A DNA stretch of 63,958 nt, counting the filler, from Vicugna vicugna (Eukaryota), in NCBI GenBank assembly GCA_013265495.1. It is 71 parts of 70 records of this genome, joined end to end, with 100 filler letters (N's around TTAATTAATTAA, not from the genome) between each part and the next. Parts side by side here need not be neighbours in the genome. Positions count along the whole stretch, not along the records: positions 12,446 to 13,704 come from MU057592.1; positions 13,805 to 15,177 come from MU057593.1; positions 15,278 to 16,239 come from MU057594.1; positions 16,340 to 17,143 come from MU057595.1; positions 17,244 to 17,890 come from PNXW01000941.1; positions 17,991 to 18,792 come from PNXW01000960.1; positions 18,893 to 20,209 come from MU057598.1; positions 20,310 to 20,995 come from PNXW01000963.1; 63 more parts are not named here. One strand, given 5' to 3'. Position 1 is the stretch's first letter; each line of letters begins with the position of its first letter. The translations under genes were made by a program, and so were the position numbers. The notes beneath the pieces are model-generated. The model ran no database searches. It was not told where the DNA came from and saw only the letters and a program-made list of their open reading frames with translations. Of the stretch, positions 12,446 through 24,414 are shown in pieces.

Positions 12446-13704
12446 AGCGTGGGGAGGTTCCACCTACGGTCGGCAGCACGTGGGTTGTAACGGAATGCCT
12501 AAGCTTGACTCCCCTGAGGATTTTCCTAATGTCTCTGTGCCAGGGAATGCTAGGGGTGATTGCAGGATATCCCAGTGACAGAGGCTGCCTCCCCAAGGTC
12601 AGGGAAGTTATTTCTCGGACTTCCCCGAANNNNNNNNNNNNNNNNNNNNNNNNNNNNNNNNNNNNNNNNNNNNNNNNNNNNNNNNNNNNNNNNNNNNNNN
12701 NNNNNNNNNNNNNNNNNNNNNNNNNNNNNNNNNNNNNNNNNNNNNNNNNNNNNNNNNNNNNNNNNNNNNNNNNNNNNNNNNNNNNNNNNNNNNNNNNNNN
12801 NNNNNNNNNNNNNNNNNNNNNNNNNNNNNNNNNNNNNNNNNNNNNNNNNNNNNNNNNNNNNNNNNNNNNNNNNNNNNNNNNNNNNNNNNNNNNNNNNNNN
12901 NNNNNNNNNNNNNNNNNNNNNNNNNNNNNNNNNCGAGCTCCCCCACGCACTGACAATGGTTCCGGAATCCTGAGCGTGGGGAGGTTCCACCAACGGTCGG
13001 CAGCGCGTGGGTTCTAACGGAATGCCTAAGCTCGTCTCCCCTGAGGGTTTTCCTAATTTCTCTGTGCCTGGGAATGCTAGCGTGATTTGCATGTTATCCC
13101 AGTGACAGAGAATACCTCCCCAAGTTCAGGGAAGTTATTTCTCGGACTTCCTTGTATAGGGAACACCTGTGACTGAAGAGAGCTGCGTGGAATTGTCTCT
13201 CGAGCTCCCCGACGCACCAACAATTGTTCCGGAATTCTGAGCGTGGGGAGGTTCCACCAGCGGTCGCCAGCGCGTGGGTTCAAACGAAATGCCTAAGCTC
13301 GTCTCCCCTGAGGATTTTCCTCATGTCTCTGTGCCAGGGAATTTTAGGGCGATTTCAGGATATCCCAGTGACAGAGGCTGCCTCCCCAAGGTCATGGAAG
13401 GTATTTCTCGGACTTCCCCGAACAGGAAACACCTGTGACTGAAGAGAGCTTCGTGGAATAGTCTCTCGAGCTCCCCCACACAATGACAATGTTTCCGGAA
13501 TCCTGAGCGTGGGGAGGTTACACCAACGGTCAGAAGCGCTTGGGATCTAACGGAATGCCTAACCTCGTTTCTCCTGAGGATTTTCCTAATGTCTCCATGC
13601 CAAGGAATGCTAGGGGTGATTGCAAGGTATCCCAGTGACAGAGGTTGCCTCCCCAAGTTCAGTTAAGCTATTTCTCGGACTTCCCCGAACAGGGAACACC
13701 TGTG
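12446..13704 (-). repeat. Satellite D (266-267 bp)
   Basis: CGAGCTCCCC at 12934, 13201 and 13467. Confidence 0.94.
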
Positions 13705-15277
13705 NNNNNNNNNNNNNNNNNNNNNNNNNNNNNNNNNNNNNNNNNNNNTTAATTAATTAANNNNNNNNNNNNNNNNNNNNNNNNNNNNNNNNNNNNNNNN
13801 NNNNGGAGCCTGGGGGCCTGGGAGCGGGGCCTTGGGAGAGAGAGGAGCACAGGTGGGGAGGGGCCCGGCTCTGGAACCAGCTCCTGCACCTGTCCCCGCA
13901 CCCAAACCACACAGCTATTAATTGGGCCCAAAACTCTCTCCCGGTCTGGATGTCACCCTGGGCAGAACCTTGAGAATCGAAGGTAAGGGGTGAGTAGCAC
14001 TCACCTAGGGGNNNNNNNNNNNNNNNNNNNNNNNNNNNNNNNNNNNNNNNNNNNNNNNNNNNNNNNNNNNNNNNNNNNNNNNNNNNNNNNNNNNNNNNNN
14101 NNNNNNNNNNNNNNNNNNNNNNNNNNNNNNNNNNNNNNNNNNNNNNNNNNNNNNNNNNNNNNNNNNNNNNNNNNNNNNNNNNNNNNNNNNNNNNNNNNNN
14201 NNNNNNNNNNNNNNNNNNNNNNNNNNNNNNNNNNNNNNNNNNNNNNNNNNNNNNNNNNNNNNNNNNNNNNNNNNNNNNNNNNNNNNNNNNNNNNNNNNNN
14301 NNNNNNNNNNNNNNNNNNNNNNNNNNNNNNNNNNNNNNNNNNNNNNNNNNNNNNNNNNNNNNNNNNNNNNNNNNNNNNNNNNNNNNNNNNNNNNNNNNNN
14401 NNNNNNNNNNNNNNNNNNNNNNNNNNNNNNNNNNNNNNNNNNNNNNNNNNNNNNNNNNNNNNNNNNNNNNNNNNNNNNNNNNNNNNNNNNNNNNNNNNNN
14501 NNNNNNNNNNNNNNNNNNNNNNNNNNNNNNNNNNNNNNNNNNNNNNNNNNNNNNNNNNNNNNNNNNNNNNNNNNNNNNNNNNNNNNNNNNNNNNNNNNNN
14601 NNNNNNNNNNNNNNNNNNNNNNNNNNNNNNNNNNNNNNNNNNNNNNNNNNNNNNNNNNNNNNNNNNNNNNNNNNNNNNNNNNNNNNNNNNNNNNNNNNNN
14701 NNNNNNNNNNNNNNNNNNNNNNNNNNNNNNNNNNNNNNNNNNNNNNNNNNNNNNNNNNNNNNNNNNNNNNNNNNNNNNNNNNNNNNNNNNNNNNNNNNNN
14801 NNNNNNNNNNNNNNNNNNNNNNNNNNNNNNNNNNNNNNNNNNNNNNNNNNNNNNNNNNNNNNNNNNNNNNNNNNNNNNNNNNNNNNNNNNNNNNNNNNNN
14901 NNNNNNNNNNNNNNNNNNNNNNNNNNNNNNNNNNNNNNNNNNNNNNNNCTGTCTTCCGTCACTTGTGAGGCTGTTCCATTTGTGACCCTGTCCGGGATGT
15001 TCATGTTATAAAACATAAAGTTTGTAAAAGTACAGTCCCTTTACTTGGAAGATATTCCACAAATACTACCTAAATCTGGGTGTGGTTTAAAGAAGACAGA
15101 ATCATTAGAACATGTCCTTGCAGGTTGCTAGAGCAAAATCCTCAAATCAATAGTCTAGCTCAACATCTAAAATCTTTNNNNNNNNNNNNNNNNNNNNNNN
15201 NNNNNNNNNNNNNNNNNNNNNTTAATTAATTAANNNNNNNNNNNNNNNNNNNNNNNNNNNNNNNNNNNNNNNNNNNN

Positions 15278-16239
15278 TTCTTCATCTCTACTGGTCAGGT
15301 AATATCAGGTATCTAATGGAGAATTCTAGGGCTTTGTTAAGTGAAAATTTTAGACTCCTTTCTCTACGTAATTCCATGGGATTTATGTGTGGACAATATC
15401 TCCTAGACATTGATGCCATATTCTGTTCCTGTGTGTGTTGTCTGGTATATCTCCAATTGCTGGTGTTGCATTTGTTGTGATGAACATCCCATACTATTTC
15501 GATTAGCATAACTTCATTTTGATTACGCATATCTCACAATTCTGAAAGTGCGCAGGACACNNNNNNNNNNNNNNNNNNNNNNNNNNNNNNNNNNNNNNNN
15601 NNNNNNNNNNNNNNNNNNNNNNNNNNNNNNNNNNNNNNNNNNNNNNNNNNNNNNNNNNNNNNNNNNNNNNNNNNNNNNNNNNNNNNNNNNNNNNNNNNNN
15701 NNNNNNNNATGTTTCATTGGTTTGCACTTGCTTTCCTATGTCTGCTTCTGACCGAGGGATTTCTGTTCCCCTGTCTTCACAGTCATTCACGCGTCCCTCT
15801 GAATTATCTAGTCTGCTAAGGGCTGAATTTTAGCCCTGATATTATCACATCCATTGAGATTTCTGATATTTTTTGGCTCGTCTTTAGACTTTCTCTTCCC
15901 CTTTTCTGATATTCTGCCTTTTGTGATTCTGAGACAATGTAGTTCTTCAGAGTTTTCCAGACCTCCATTTTCAACACGTGTTCTGGATAGCGTTATGCAG
16001 TCTAGTTGTTTGAAAGCTTATCTTCCGGGCCTTCAATATCTTTGGAACTGAAAATGGTACTTCCTGTTTCTTTTACTGTAATTCTTCATCTCTACTGGTC
16101 AGGTAATATCAGGTATCTAATGGAGAATTCTAGGGCTTTGTTAAGTGAAAATTTTAGACTCCTTTCTCTACGTAATTCCATGGGATTTATGTGTGGACAA
16201 TATCTCCTAGACATTGATGCCATATTCTGTTCCTGTGTG
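15278..16239 (-). repeat. Degraded L1 ORF1-like sequence with an exact 158-bp direct repeat (apparent ~0.8-kb tandem unit)
   Basis: 15278-15435 is identical to 16082-16239; minus strand encodes SRLDNSEGRVNDCEDRGTEIPRSE, like the ORF1p coiled-coil end. Confidence 0.65.
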
Positions 16240-16339
16240 NNNNNNNNNNNNNNNNNNNNNNNNNNNNNNNNNNNNNNNNNNNNTTAATTAATTAANNNNN
16301 NNNNNNNNNNNNNNNNNNNNNNNNNNNNNNNNNNNNNNN

Positions 16340-17143
16340 CAACTCAGGAATGTATATTTGTCGAATCCGTCATATATGTAGCATATACTGAACACGGAAT
16401 ATCATGTAGCTTGAATCTATTCAAATTACATATGTCTAGGGAAGAATTCGCTCCAAGAGGGTTTTTGTGGGATCAAAGTGTGATTCTTGAAACTGGTGAT
16501 AGGAAGAAGCTACAAAGTCAAAGTAAATATTTCAGAGTGCATAGGTAACTTGTTNNNNNNNNNNNNNNNNNNNNNNNNNNNNNNNNNNNNNNNNNNNNNN
16601 NNNNNNNNNNNNNNNNNNNNNNNNNNNNNNNNNNNNNNNNNNNNNNNNNNNNNNNNNNNNNNNNNNNNNNNNNNNNNNNNNNNNNNNNNNNNNNNNNNNN
16701 NNNNNNNNNNNNNNNNNNNNNNNNNNNNNNNNNNNNNNNNNNNNNNNNNNNNNNNNNNNNNNNNNNNNNNNNNNNNNNNNNNNNNNNNNNNNNNNNNNNN
16801 NNNNNNNNNNNNNNNNNNNNNNNNNNNNNNNNNNNNNNNNGCTCACAAGTCAGAAACGCATGATTGCCAAATCCATCATACATGTAGCATGTACGGAACC
16901 CAGAATACCATGTTGATGGAATTCATGTAAATTACATAACTATTAGGTAGAAATCGCTTCAGAAATATTTTTCTCTGAAAAATGCGCGAATTTGAACCTG
17001 GTGTTAGGGAAAGCTTGTGATAATGTGTACACGTGTCTAGATGAAAATATTCCTTTTATAGAGGATGAAAGATTAGTAATCCACTTGCTCTGAACTCTGG
17101 AATGAATGTTTGTCAAAGCCGTCATGTATCTAGCATGTAAGGA
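16340..17143 (+). repeat. Satellite B
   Basis: Equivalent GCTC subunit anchors at 16841 and 17087 (246 bp apart). Confidence 0.9.
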
Positions 17144-17990
17144 NNNNNNNNNNNNNNNNNNNNNNNNNNNNNNNNNNNNNNNNNNNNTTAATTAATTAAN
17201 NNNNNNNNNNNNNNNNNNNNNNNNNNNNNNNNNNNNNNNNNNNCAATCATGATGACTGACTCTGGTAAGCTCCTCCTGCAGCTGAGATCTTTTCTACACC
17301 AGTTTTAAAACCAAGTCATAACAGAGACTATCTTTTAGGCACTTAAAGTCCAGTACATTACAGTCTTTAGAAAACTTCAAGTGTAAACGTATTTTCTCTA
17401 GCCTTTGTGAGAAGTGGATTAGCTCCAGTTTGCATTAGTAAAAGGGACAAAGGAAGCATTAGAATGTCCAAGCTCTGTGTAAACTGGTCAGTGCTTAATA
17501 ATAATTTCAATTGCATTAGATCATATACCCTATTTTTGAAAGTAAATAGTCTCTGTATTGCAAATAAGTGGAAGAAGGTGGTGGTTCCAGTGGCAGATTT
17601 GCTTGTGCGTTATGGAGAAGACAAGATATCACAGTGCTTTGTGTCTTCCTCCTATGCTGTTCCTGTTAGTGCAGCTCCATTCTCATCAGCTGTGGCTTCT
17701 ATAATAAATGTTTCTTCTCCCTGGCTTGTATCCCAGCCAGCGGCTTAGCAAGCGGCTTAGTGGCCCAAGTTAAGTGTTTCCCACACGCTGCATGTGGCTG
17801 GGTCGTTCTCCCAGTGGTCTGTTCAGGTGTCATCTTCTGAAAACGCTAAGACCAATTCAAATTCTGAACTAGGAGTTTGACCCGTTTTATNNNNNNNNNN
17901 NNNNNNNNNNNNNNNNNNNNNNNNNNNNNNNNNNTTAATTAATTAANNNNNNNNNNNNNNNNNNNNNNNNNNNNNNNNNNNNNNNNNNNN

Positions 17991-18025
<35 letters not shown>

Positions 18026-18030
18026 TTTTT
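17991..18030 (+). repeat. (TTTA)n microsatellite
   Basis: Direct reading. Confidence 0.9.
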
Positions 18031-18149
18031 TGGATAAAAGACATTTTAATTTCTTTTTCTAATGCTTTTGGCTGGAATCTAGAAATGAAATTGATTTGGG
18101 GGTCTAATGGCCTTGTTAACACACCTGTCAGTTCTAGTTCATACAGTTT

Positions 18150-18470
18150 GTTCACGGACACTTCTGTATTTCCTGCCTACACAAGTGTATCACCCATGAA
18201 TAAACAGGGTGTAACTTCTCCCTTTTGAAACTTAATTCATGTTATTTCCTTATCCGGGTTTGACCCAGGCCCCCCAGTACAATCGTGAAAAACGGGGCGA
18301 TAGTCTACTTGTCTTTATGGTGACCCTGTAGTACATAACACTGACTGGTGGTATTTTCATTGATACGCTGTATTAAACTCAGGAATTGATCTTCTGTTTG
18401 ATCAGCATATTTATGACAGAGAAGTGTTAGCCTTTTATCAAATTCTCTTGATTTTCTGGAAGTAAATCAA
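18150..18470 (-). mobile_element. Ancient L1 ORF2 remnant
   Basis: CCAGTACAATCGTGAA...GATAG...TTGTCTT and TGTTAG..TTTTATCAAAT motifs resemble antisense L1 RT region. Confidence 0.5.
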
Positions 18471-18892
18471 GTACATTATTTTGGTTTTCATCAAGCAAAG
18501 AAAGATAACCTCCCCTCATTCAGCCTGAGAGATAAGAAATCCTCTAAAATTAAAATACTCAGAAATGAGCCAGTAGACTAGAAAAGCTTATTTTTAGATT
18601 CTCCACAGTCACTCAGTAGTTTTTGTCGTTCTACATTATTCAAAATGCCGCTTTGTATGGTTTCTACCAGCTTCTAAAAATTAAAGGCGAAAAAACTAAC
18701 AAACAAAAAAGTTACTGTTAATTTTCCTGTACCTTTTGCTAATGTGGGAAAATAATGCATTCCTACCTACTGTAAATAATTTCAGTTTTATTNNNNNNNN
18801 NNNNNNNNNNNNNNNNNNNNNNNNNNNNNNNNNNNNTTAATTAATTAANNNNNNNNNNNNNNNNNNNNNNNNNNNNNNNNNNNNNNNNNNNN

Positions 18893-20209
18893 AGCATGTG
18901 GAGAGACGTTCATTCATCCAGCACAAAGGGAGCGGTTTGCAGGTGAAACCCTGACTCTGCTTTCTCAGTCTGTTTCCTAGTGCCGGTTTGAAGTGCCTGC
19001 CGTTTTCACTGTAAAACCGAGTTGGAGCTTGTACCTCCCCATATATATGTATGGAGTGGAGTTGGCAACTGAAAAGAAACTTTGNNNNNNNNNNNNNNNN
19101 NNNNNNNNNNNNNNNNNNNNNNNNNNNNNNNNNNNNNNNNNNNNNNNNNNNNNNNNNNNNNNNNNNNNNNNNNNNNNNNNNNNNNNNNNNNNNNNNNNNN
19201 NNNNNNNNNNNNNNNNNNNNNNNNNNNNNNNNNNNNNNNNNNNNNNNNNNNNNNNNNNNNNNNNNNNNNNNNNNNNNNNNNNNNNNNNNNNNNNNNNNNN
19301 NNNNNNNNNNNNNNNNNNNNNNNNNNNNNNNNNNNNNNNNNNNNNNNNNNNNNNNNNNNNNNNNNNNNNNNNNNNNNNNNNNNNNNNNNNNNNNNNNNNN
19401 NNGAAGGGTTTGCAGGAGAAACCCAGACTCTGCTTTCTCAGTCTGTTTCCTAGTGCCGGTTTGAAGTGCCTGCCGTTTTCACTGTAAAACCGAGTTGGAG
19501 CTTGTACCTCCCCATATATATGTATGGAGGGAAGTTGGCAATTGAAAACAAACTTTGTGTTCCCTTCAAGCTAGGTGAAGGATGGCTTTCACACACACTT
19601 ATCTCTCAGAACTGAGCATGTGTAGAGACGTTCGTTCATCCAGTAAAAAGGGAACGGGTTGCAGGAGAAACCCTGACTCTGCTTTCTCAGTCTGTTTCCT
19701 AGTGCCGATTTGAAGTGCCTGTCGTTTTCAGTGTAAAAGCGTGTTGGAGCTTGTACCTCCCCATGTATATGTATTGAGGGAAGTTGGCAACTGAAAAGAA
19801 ACTTTGTGTTCCCTTCAAGCTTGGTGAAGGACGGAATTCACATATACTTATCTCTCAGAACGGAGCATGGGGTGAGACATTCGTTCATCCAGCACAAAGG
19901 GAACGGGTTGCAGGAGAAACACTGACTCTGCTTTCTCGGTCTGTTTCCTAGTGCCGGTTGGAAGTGCCTGCCGTTTTCACTGTAAAACCGAGTTGGAGCT
20001 TGTACCTCCCCATATATATGTATGGAGGGAAGTTGGCAACTGAAAAGAAACTTTGTGTTCCCTTCAAGCTAGGTGAAGGACGGCTTTCACACACACTTAT
20101 TTCTCAGAACTGATCATGTGGAGAGACGTTCGTTCATCCAGCACAAATGGAACTGGCTGCAGGGGAAACCCTCACTCTGTTTTCTCAGTCTGTTTCCTAG
20201 TGCCGGTTT
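18893..20209 (+). repeat. Satellite E, 249-bp monomer
   Basis: TAGTGCCG at 19451, 19700, 19949 and 20198 (exact 249-bp period). Confidence 0.95.
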
Positions 20210-20528
20210 NNNNNNNNNNNNNNNNNNNNNNNNNNNNNNNNNNNNNNNNNNNNTTAATTAATTAANNNNNNNNNNNNNNNNNNNNNNNNNNNNNNNNNNN
20301 NNNNNNNNNAGCTAGTCTGTTTCCAAAAGTTCAATAAATTATCTACATTTTCTTGTTTCTTAAAAAAAAGAGCATTAACTCATGTTTCTCTTTGGTATCG
20401 CCTATAAATAAAATGTGATTTTATTAACCATTTACCAAAGTGTTAAGTGTGATAAATATTAAGTACAGATTTCTGAAGCATCAGTCATCACTGAAGATCC
20501 ACATTCTGCTGTTCTCTCTCTCTGTTAG

Positions 20529-20665
20529 TCACCATACTTCTGGAGTTCTGGAAGCGGCGCCAGGCAGAACTTGAGTACAAATGGGACATGGCTGAGAAGG
20601 AAGAACAAGTCCGGCCAGAATAGGAGGCACGGTGTCCCCAGGTGGAGATAGATGAGATTACCCAG
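20529..20665 (+). pseudogene. ANO6: Disabled anoctamin-6 (TMEM16F)-like exon, unprocessed duplicate
   Basis: Pyrimidine tract + AG, then (V)[44 protein letters not shown] versus recalled ANO6 [48 protein letters not shown]; TAG at 20621-20623; GA instead of GT after the exon. Confidence 0.85.
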
Positions 20666-20714
20666 GAAAAGCGGGTGCTGTTTAGATGCACTTTAGTGTG
20701 TTTACTTCTGGACT

Positions 20715-20889
20715 TGTCAGCCTTGGCTGCATGTTGGAATCACCAGGGGACCTTAAAAAATGTTGGTGCCTGGATTCCATCACTGCAAACTCTGATGGTA
20801 CTCAGTGGCCTGGGGTGCATTCTGGCATAGGGAAGTTTTTAAAGCTCCTCTGGTTATTCTAATGTGCAGCCAAGTTGAAGGAGCACTGC
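20715..20889. mobile_element. MER5-type hAT-Charlie MITE
   Basis: CTTGGCTGCATGTTGGAATCACC and TTATTCTAATGTGCAGCCAAGTTG form inverted arms. Confidence 0.8.
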
Positions 20890-21095
20890 CTGGAATGGTG
20901 GACACAGAAGAGAAGTGAGGTCCTTCCTTCATAATAACAGATTGGGGGGGAAAAAAGACTGGTATAAGTGTATGAGGCATTGATTTGTATCCTTTNNNNN
21001 NNNNNNNNNNNNNNNNNNNNNNNNNNNNNNNNNNNNNNNTTAATTAATTAANNNNNNNNNNNNNNNNNNNNNNNNNNNNNNNNNNNNNNNNNNNN

Positions 21096-22535
21096 GAAGA
21101 ACACACAATAAGGAATAGAGAATAGAGAACACAGGATTTATAACATGGAATGCTGATCACAAAATTTAGAATATAGAATAAAGTATACTGAATATAGAAT
21201 TTAGAATATAGAATGTAAAATACAGAATATATAATATAAATAAAGGATACTGTATATAGAATATAGAACTTTTAATGCAGAACACAGAATTTAGTATATA
21301 GAATACAGAATATGGAACATATAATTTAGAATATAGAATGTAAAATACAGAATATATAATATAAATAAAGGATACTGTATATAGAATATAGAACTTTTAA
21401 TGCAGAACACAGAATTTAGTATATAGAATACAGAATATGGAACATATAATTTAGAATATAGAATGTAAAATACAGAATATATAATATAAATAAAGGATAC
21501 TGTATATAGAATATAGAACTTTTAATGCAGAACACAGAATTTAGTATATAGAATACAGAATATGGAACATATAATTTAGAATATAGAATGTAAAATACAG
21601 AATATATAATATAAATAAAGGATACTGTATATAGAATATAGAACTTTTAATGCAGAACACAGAATTTAGTATATAGAATACAGAATATGGAACATATAAT
21701 TTAGAATATAGAATGTTGAACACAGAATATAGAATAGAGAATAGAGAACACAGAATTTACAACATGGAATGCTGATCACAGAATTTAGAATATATAATAA
21801 AGAATTGTGAATCCAGAATTTAGAATATAGAATGTAGAATACAGAATATATAATATAAAATAAAGGATACTGTATATAGAATATAGAACTTTTAATGCAG
21901 AACACAGAATTTAGAATATAGAATACAGAANNNNNNNNNNNNNNNNNNNNNNNNNNNNNNNNNNNNNNNNNNNNNNNNNNNNNNNNNNNNNNNNNNNNNN
22001 NNNNNNNNNNNNNNNNNNNNNNNNNNNNNNNNNNNNNNNNNNNNNNNNNNNNNNNNNNNNNNNNNNNNNNNNNNNNNNNNNNNNNNNNNNNNNNNNNNNN
22101 NNNNNNNNNNNNNNNNNNNNNNNNNNNNNNNNNNNNNNNNNNNNNNNNNNNNNNNNNNNNNNNNNNNNNNNNNNNNNNNNNNNNNNNNNNNNNNNNNNNN
22201 NNNNNNNNNNNNNNNNNNNNNNNNNNNNNNNNNNNNNNNNNNNNNNNNNNNNNNNNNNNNNNNNNNNNNNNNNNNNNNNNNNNNNNNNNNNNNNNNNNNN
22301 NNNNNNNNNNNNNNNNNNNNNNNNNNNNNNNNNNNNNNNNNNNNNNNNNNNNNNNNNNNNNNNNNNNNNNNNNNNNNNNNNNNNNNNNNNNNNNNNNNNN
22401 NNNNNNNNNNNNNNNNNNNNNNNNNNNNNNNNNNNNNNNNNNNNGAATATAGAAAACACAGTATATACAATATAGACTTCGGAATGCAGTTTATAGAATG
22501 TAGAATATAGAATGAAGAACACAGAATATAGAAAC
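21096..22535 (-). repeat. Satellite A, including ~4 perfect 125-bp copies
   Basis: TATAGAA heptamers; TAAAGGATAC at 21241, 21366, 21491 and 21616. Confidence 0.93.
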
Positions 22536-23080
22536 NNNNNNNNNNNNNNNNNNNNNNNNNNNNNNNNNNNNNNNNNNNNTTAATTAATTAANNNNNNNNN
22601 NNNNNNNNNNNNNNNNNNNNNNNNNNNNNNNNNNNAGAATGTCAGCCAAATAAACCATAATTCTCAACTTTTAGGTTGTGCATTTTATTTCAGGTGATAA
22701 GGTCGAGAATTCCCAAACTGCAAAATCATAGATTATTTTCCATGGCAAGTGAGAAATTACGCAGCGTTGGCCTAAAGATGTTTTAAAATGTGGTACCACG
22801 GTGTCTTCCCACACATAGTGATAACCTTGTCTGGTGTTTACCTGGCTTCTCCCCACCTGATTTGATCAGTCTTTCTCCCAAGCACCCCAGCACCCAGGAC
22901 AAGACCAAGTGCATAAAAGAAACTCAGTTTTTTTGGACCAGTTGGACCAACTTCCCAGTAAGGAACAAATTAGTTGGAGTGGGAAAAGGGGATCCTAAAT
23001 CCTGCCAAGTGGAGTTGGGGATGTGGGGAGTTTTCGTTTTGGTCAGTTGAGGGGGAAATCTGAAAATACCAAGAACTGGA

Positions 23081-23304
23081 TTTTTTTTTTTTTAATCGAA
23101 GTACAGTCAGTCACACTGTGTCAACTTCTGGTGCACAGCACACTGTCCCAGTCATGCAGATACACGCATATATTCATTTTCACATTCTTTTTAATTAAAG
23201 GTTACTATAAGATTTTGAACATAGTTCCTTGGGCTAGACAGAAGAAACTTCTTAAAATTTATTTTTATATATAGTGGCTAACACTTGTAAATCTCAAACT
23301 CCCA
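23081..23304 (-). mobile_element. L1 3' end with poly(A) tail, camelid-like
   Basis: Poly(T) followed by AATCGAAGTACAGTCAG...TCTGGTGCACAGCA...ATCTCAAACTCCCA; reverse-complement relative of 42254-42568. Confidence 0.8.
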
Positions 23305-23404
23305 NNNNNNNNNNNNNNNNNNNNNNNNNNNNNNNNNNNNNNNNNNNNTTAATTAATTAANNNNNNNNNNNNNNNNNNNNNNNNNNNNNNNNNNNNNNNN
23401 NNNN

Positions 23405-24128
23405 TATGAAGTCAGAGTAAATATGTCTAAGTTTATATTCGTCTTGTTCGGAGGTTGAAAGGTCAATAATCGACATGCTCACAAGTCAGAAACGCATGAT
23501 TGCCAAATCCGTCATACATGTAGCAGGTACGGAACCCTGAATGCCAAGTTGTTGGAATTCATGTAAATTACATATCTGTTAGGTTGAAATCGCTCCAGAA
23601 CAATTTTTCTGTGAAAANNNNNNNNNNNNNNNNNNNNNNNNNNNNNNNNNNNNNNNNNNNNNNNNNNNNNNNNNNNNNNNNNNTTTAGAGGATGAATGAT
23701 TAGTAATCCACATGCTCTCAACTCAGGAATGCATGTTTGTCAAATCCGTCATGTATGTAGCATGTAATGAACACGGTTATCATTTAGATGGAATGTATTC
23801 TAATTACATATCTCTAGGGTAGAATTCGCTCCAAGTGGGTTTTTTTTGGGATCAAAGTGTGATTCTTGAAACTGGTGATAGGCAGAAACTACGAAGTCAA
23901 AATAAATATATCAAAGTGCATAGGTAATATGTTTGGTGTTTGAAACTTCAGTCAGGCGCATGTTCACAACTCAGAAATGCATGTTTGAGGAATACGTGAT
24001 GCAAGAAACATGTTCGTAATACGGAATGCCATGGTTATGTTAACAATGGAAATAACGTTTATTGGTGAGAATTCGCTCAAAGTGTGTTTTCTTGTACCAA
24101 ATGTCCGATTTTATTACCTGGTGATAGA
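23405..24128 (+). repeat. Satellite B
   Basis: All three subunit types in the same cyclic order; anchors at ~23710 and ~23959. Confidence 0.9.
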
Positions 24129-24396
24129 NNNNNNNNNNNNNNNNNNNNNNNNNNNNNNNNNNNNNNNNNNNNTTAATTAATTAANNNNNNNNNNNNNNNN
24201 NNNNNNNNNNNNNNNNNNNNNNNNNNNNCCCAGAGAGACTAAGAGCCTAACCCAGGGTCACCTGGTTAGAGTTTGGCACAGGTCAGGATTGCGTTTCACA
24301 TCTTCCAGCTGATCCTCTTCCAGTGCCTTTTCATGCCAGTGCTGGGAAATGTAGCCCCATCAGCCAAACGGCCAAGTCGCATTGCTGCCCCTTTAC

Positions 24397-24414
24397 CTGC
24401 CAGTGATGGCAGTG
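24397..24414 (-). other. Candidate 18-nt microexon of an unidentified gene
   Basis: Minus strand TTCTGACCTTTCCTTTGCCATTTTTTGTAG|CACTGCCATCACTGGCAG|GTAAAG. Confidence 0.4.

Noticed and set aside
13757..15016. Long ORFs of 200-420 aa (also 6125-7008, 28748-29551, 57702-58874)
   Set aside because: Open only because they run through N gaps
17407..17748. 113-aa ORF and a vaguely ankyrin-like GANPLL on the opposite strand
   Set aside because: Too little similarity; flanking stops; not supportable
24396..24412. CAGTGA loop as an iron-responsive element
   Set aside because: The 5-bp upper stem and C bulge do not pair in IRE register
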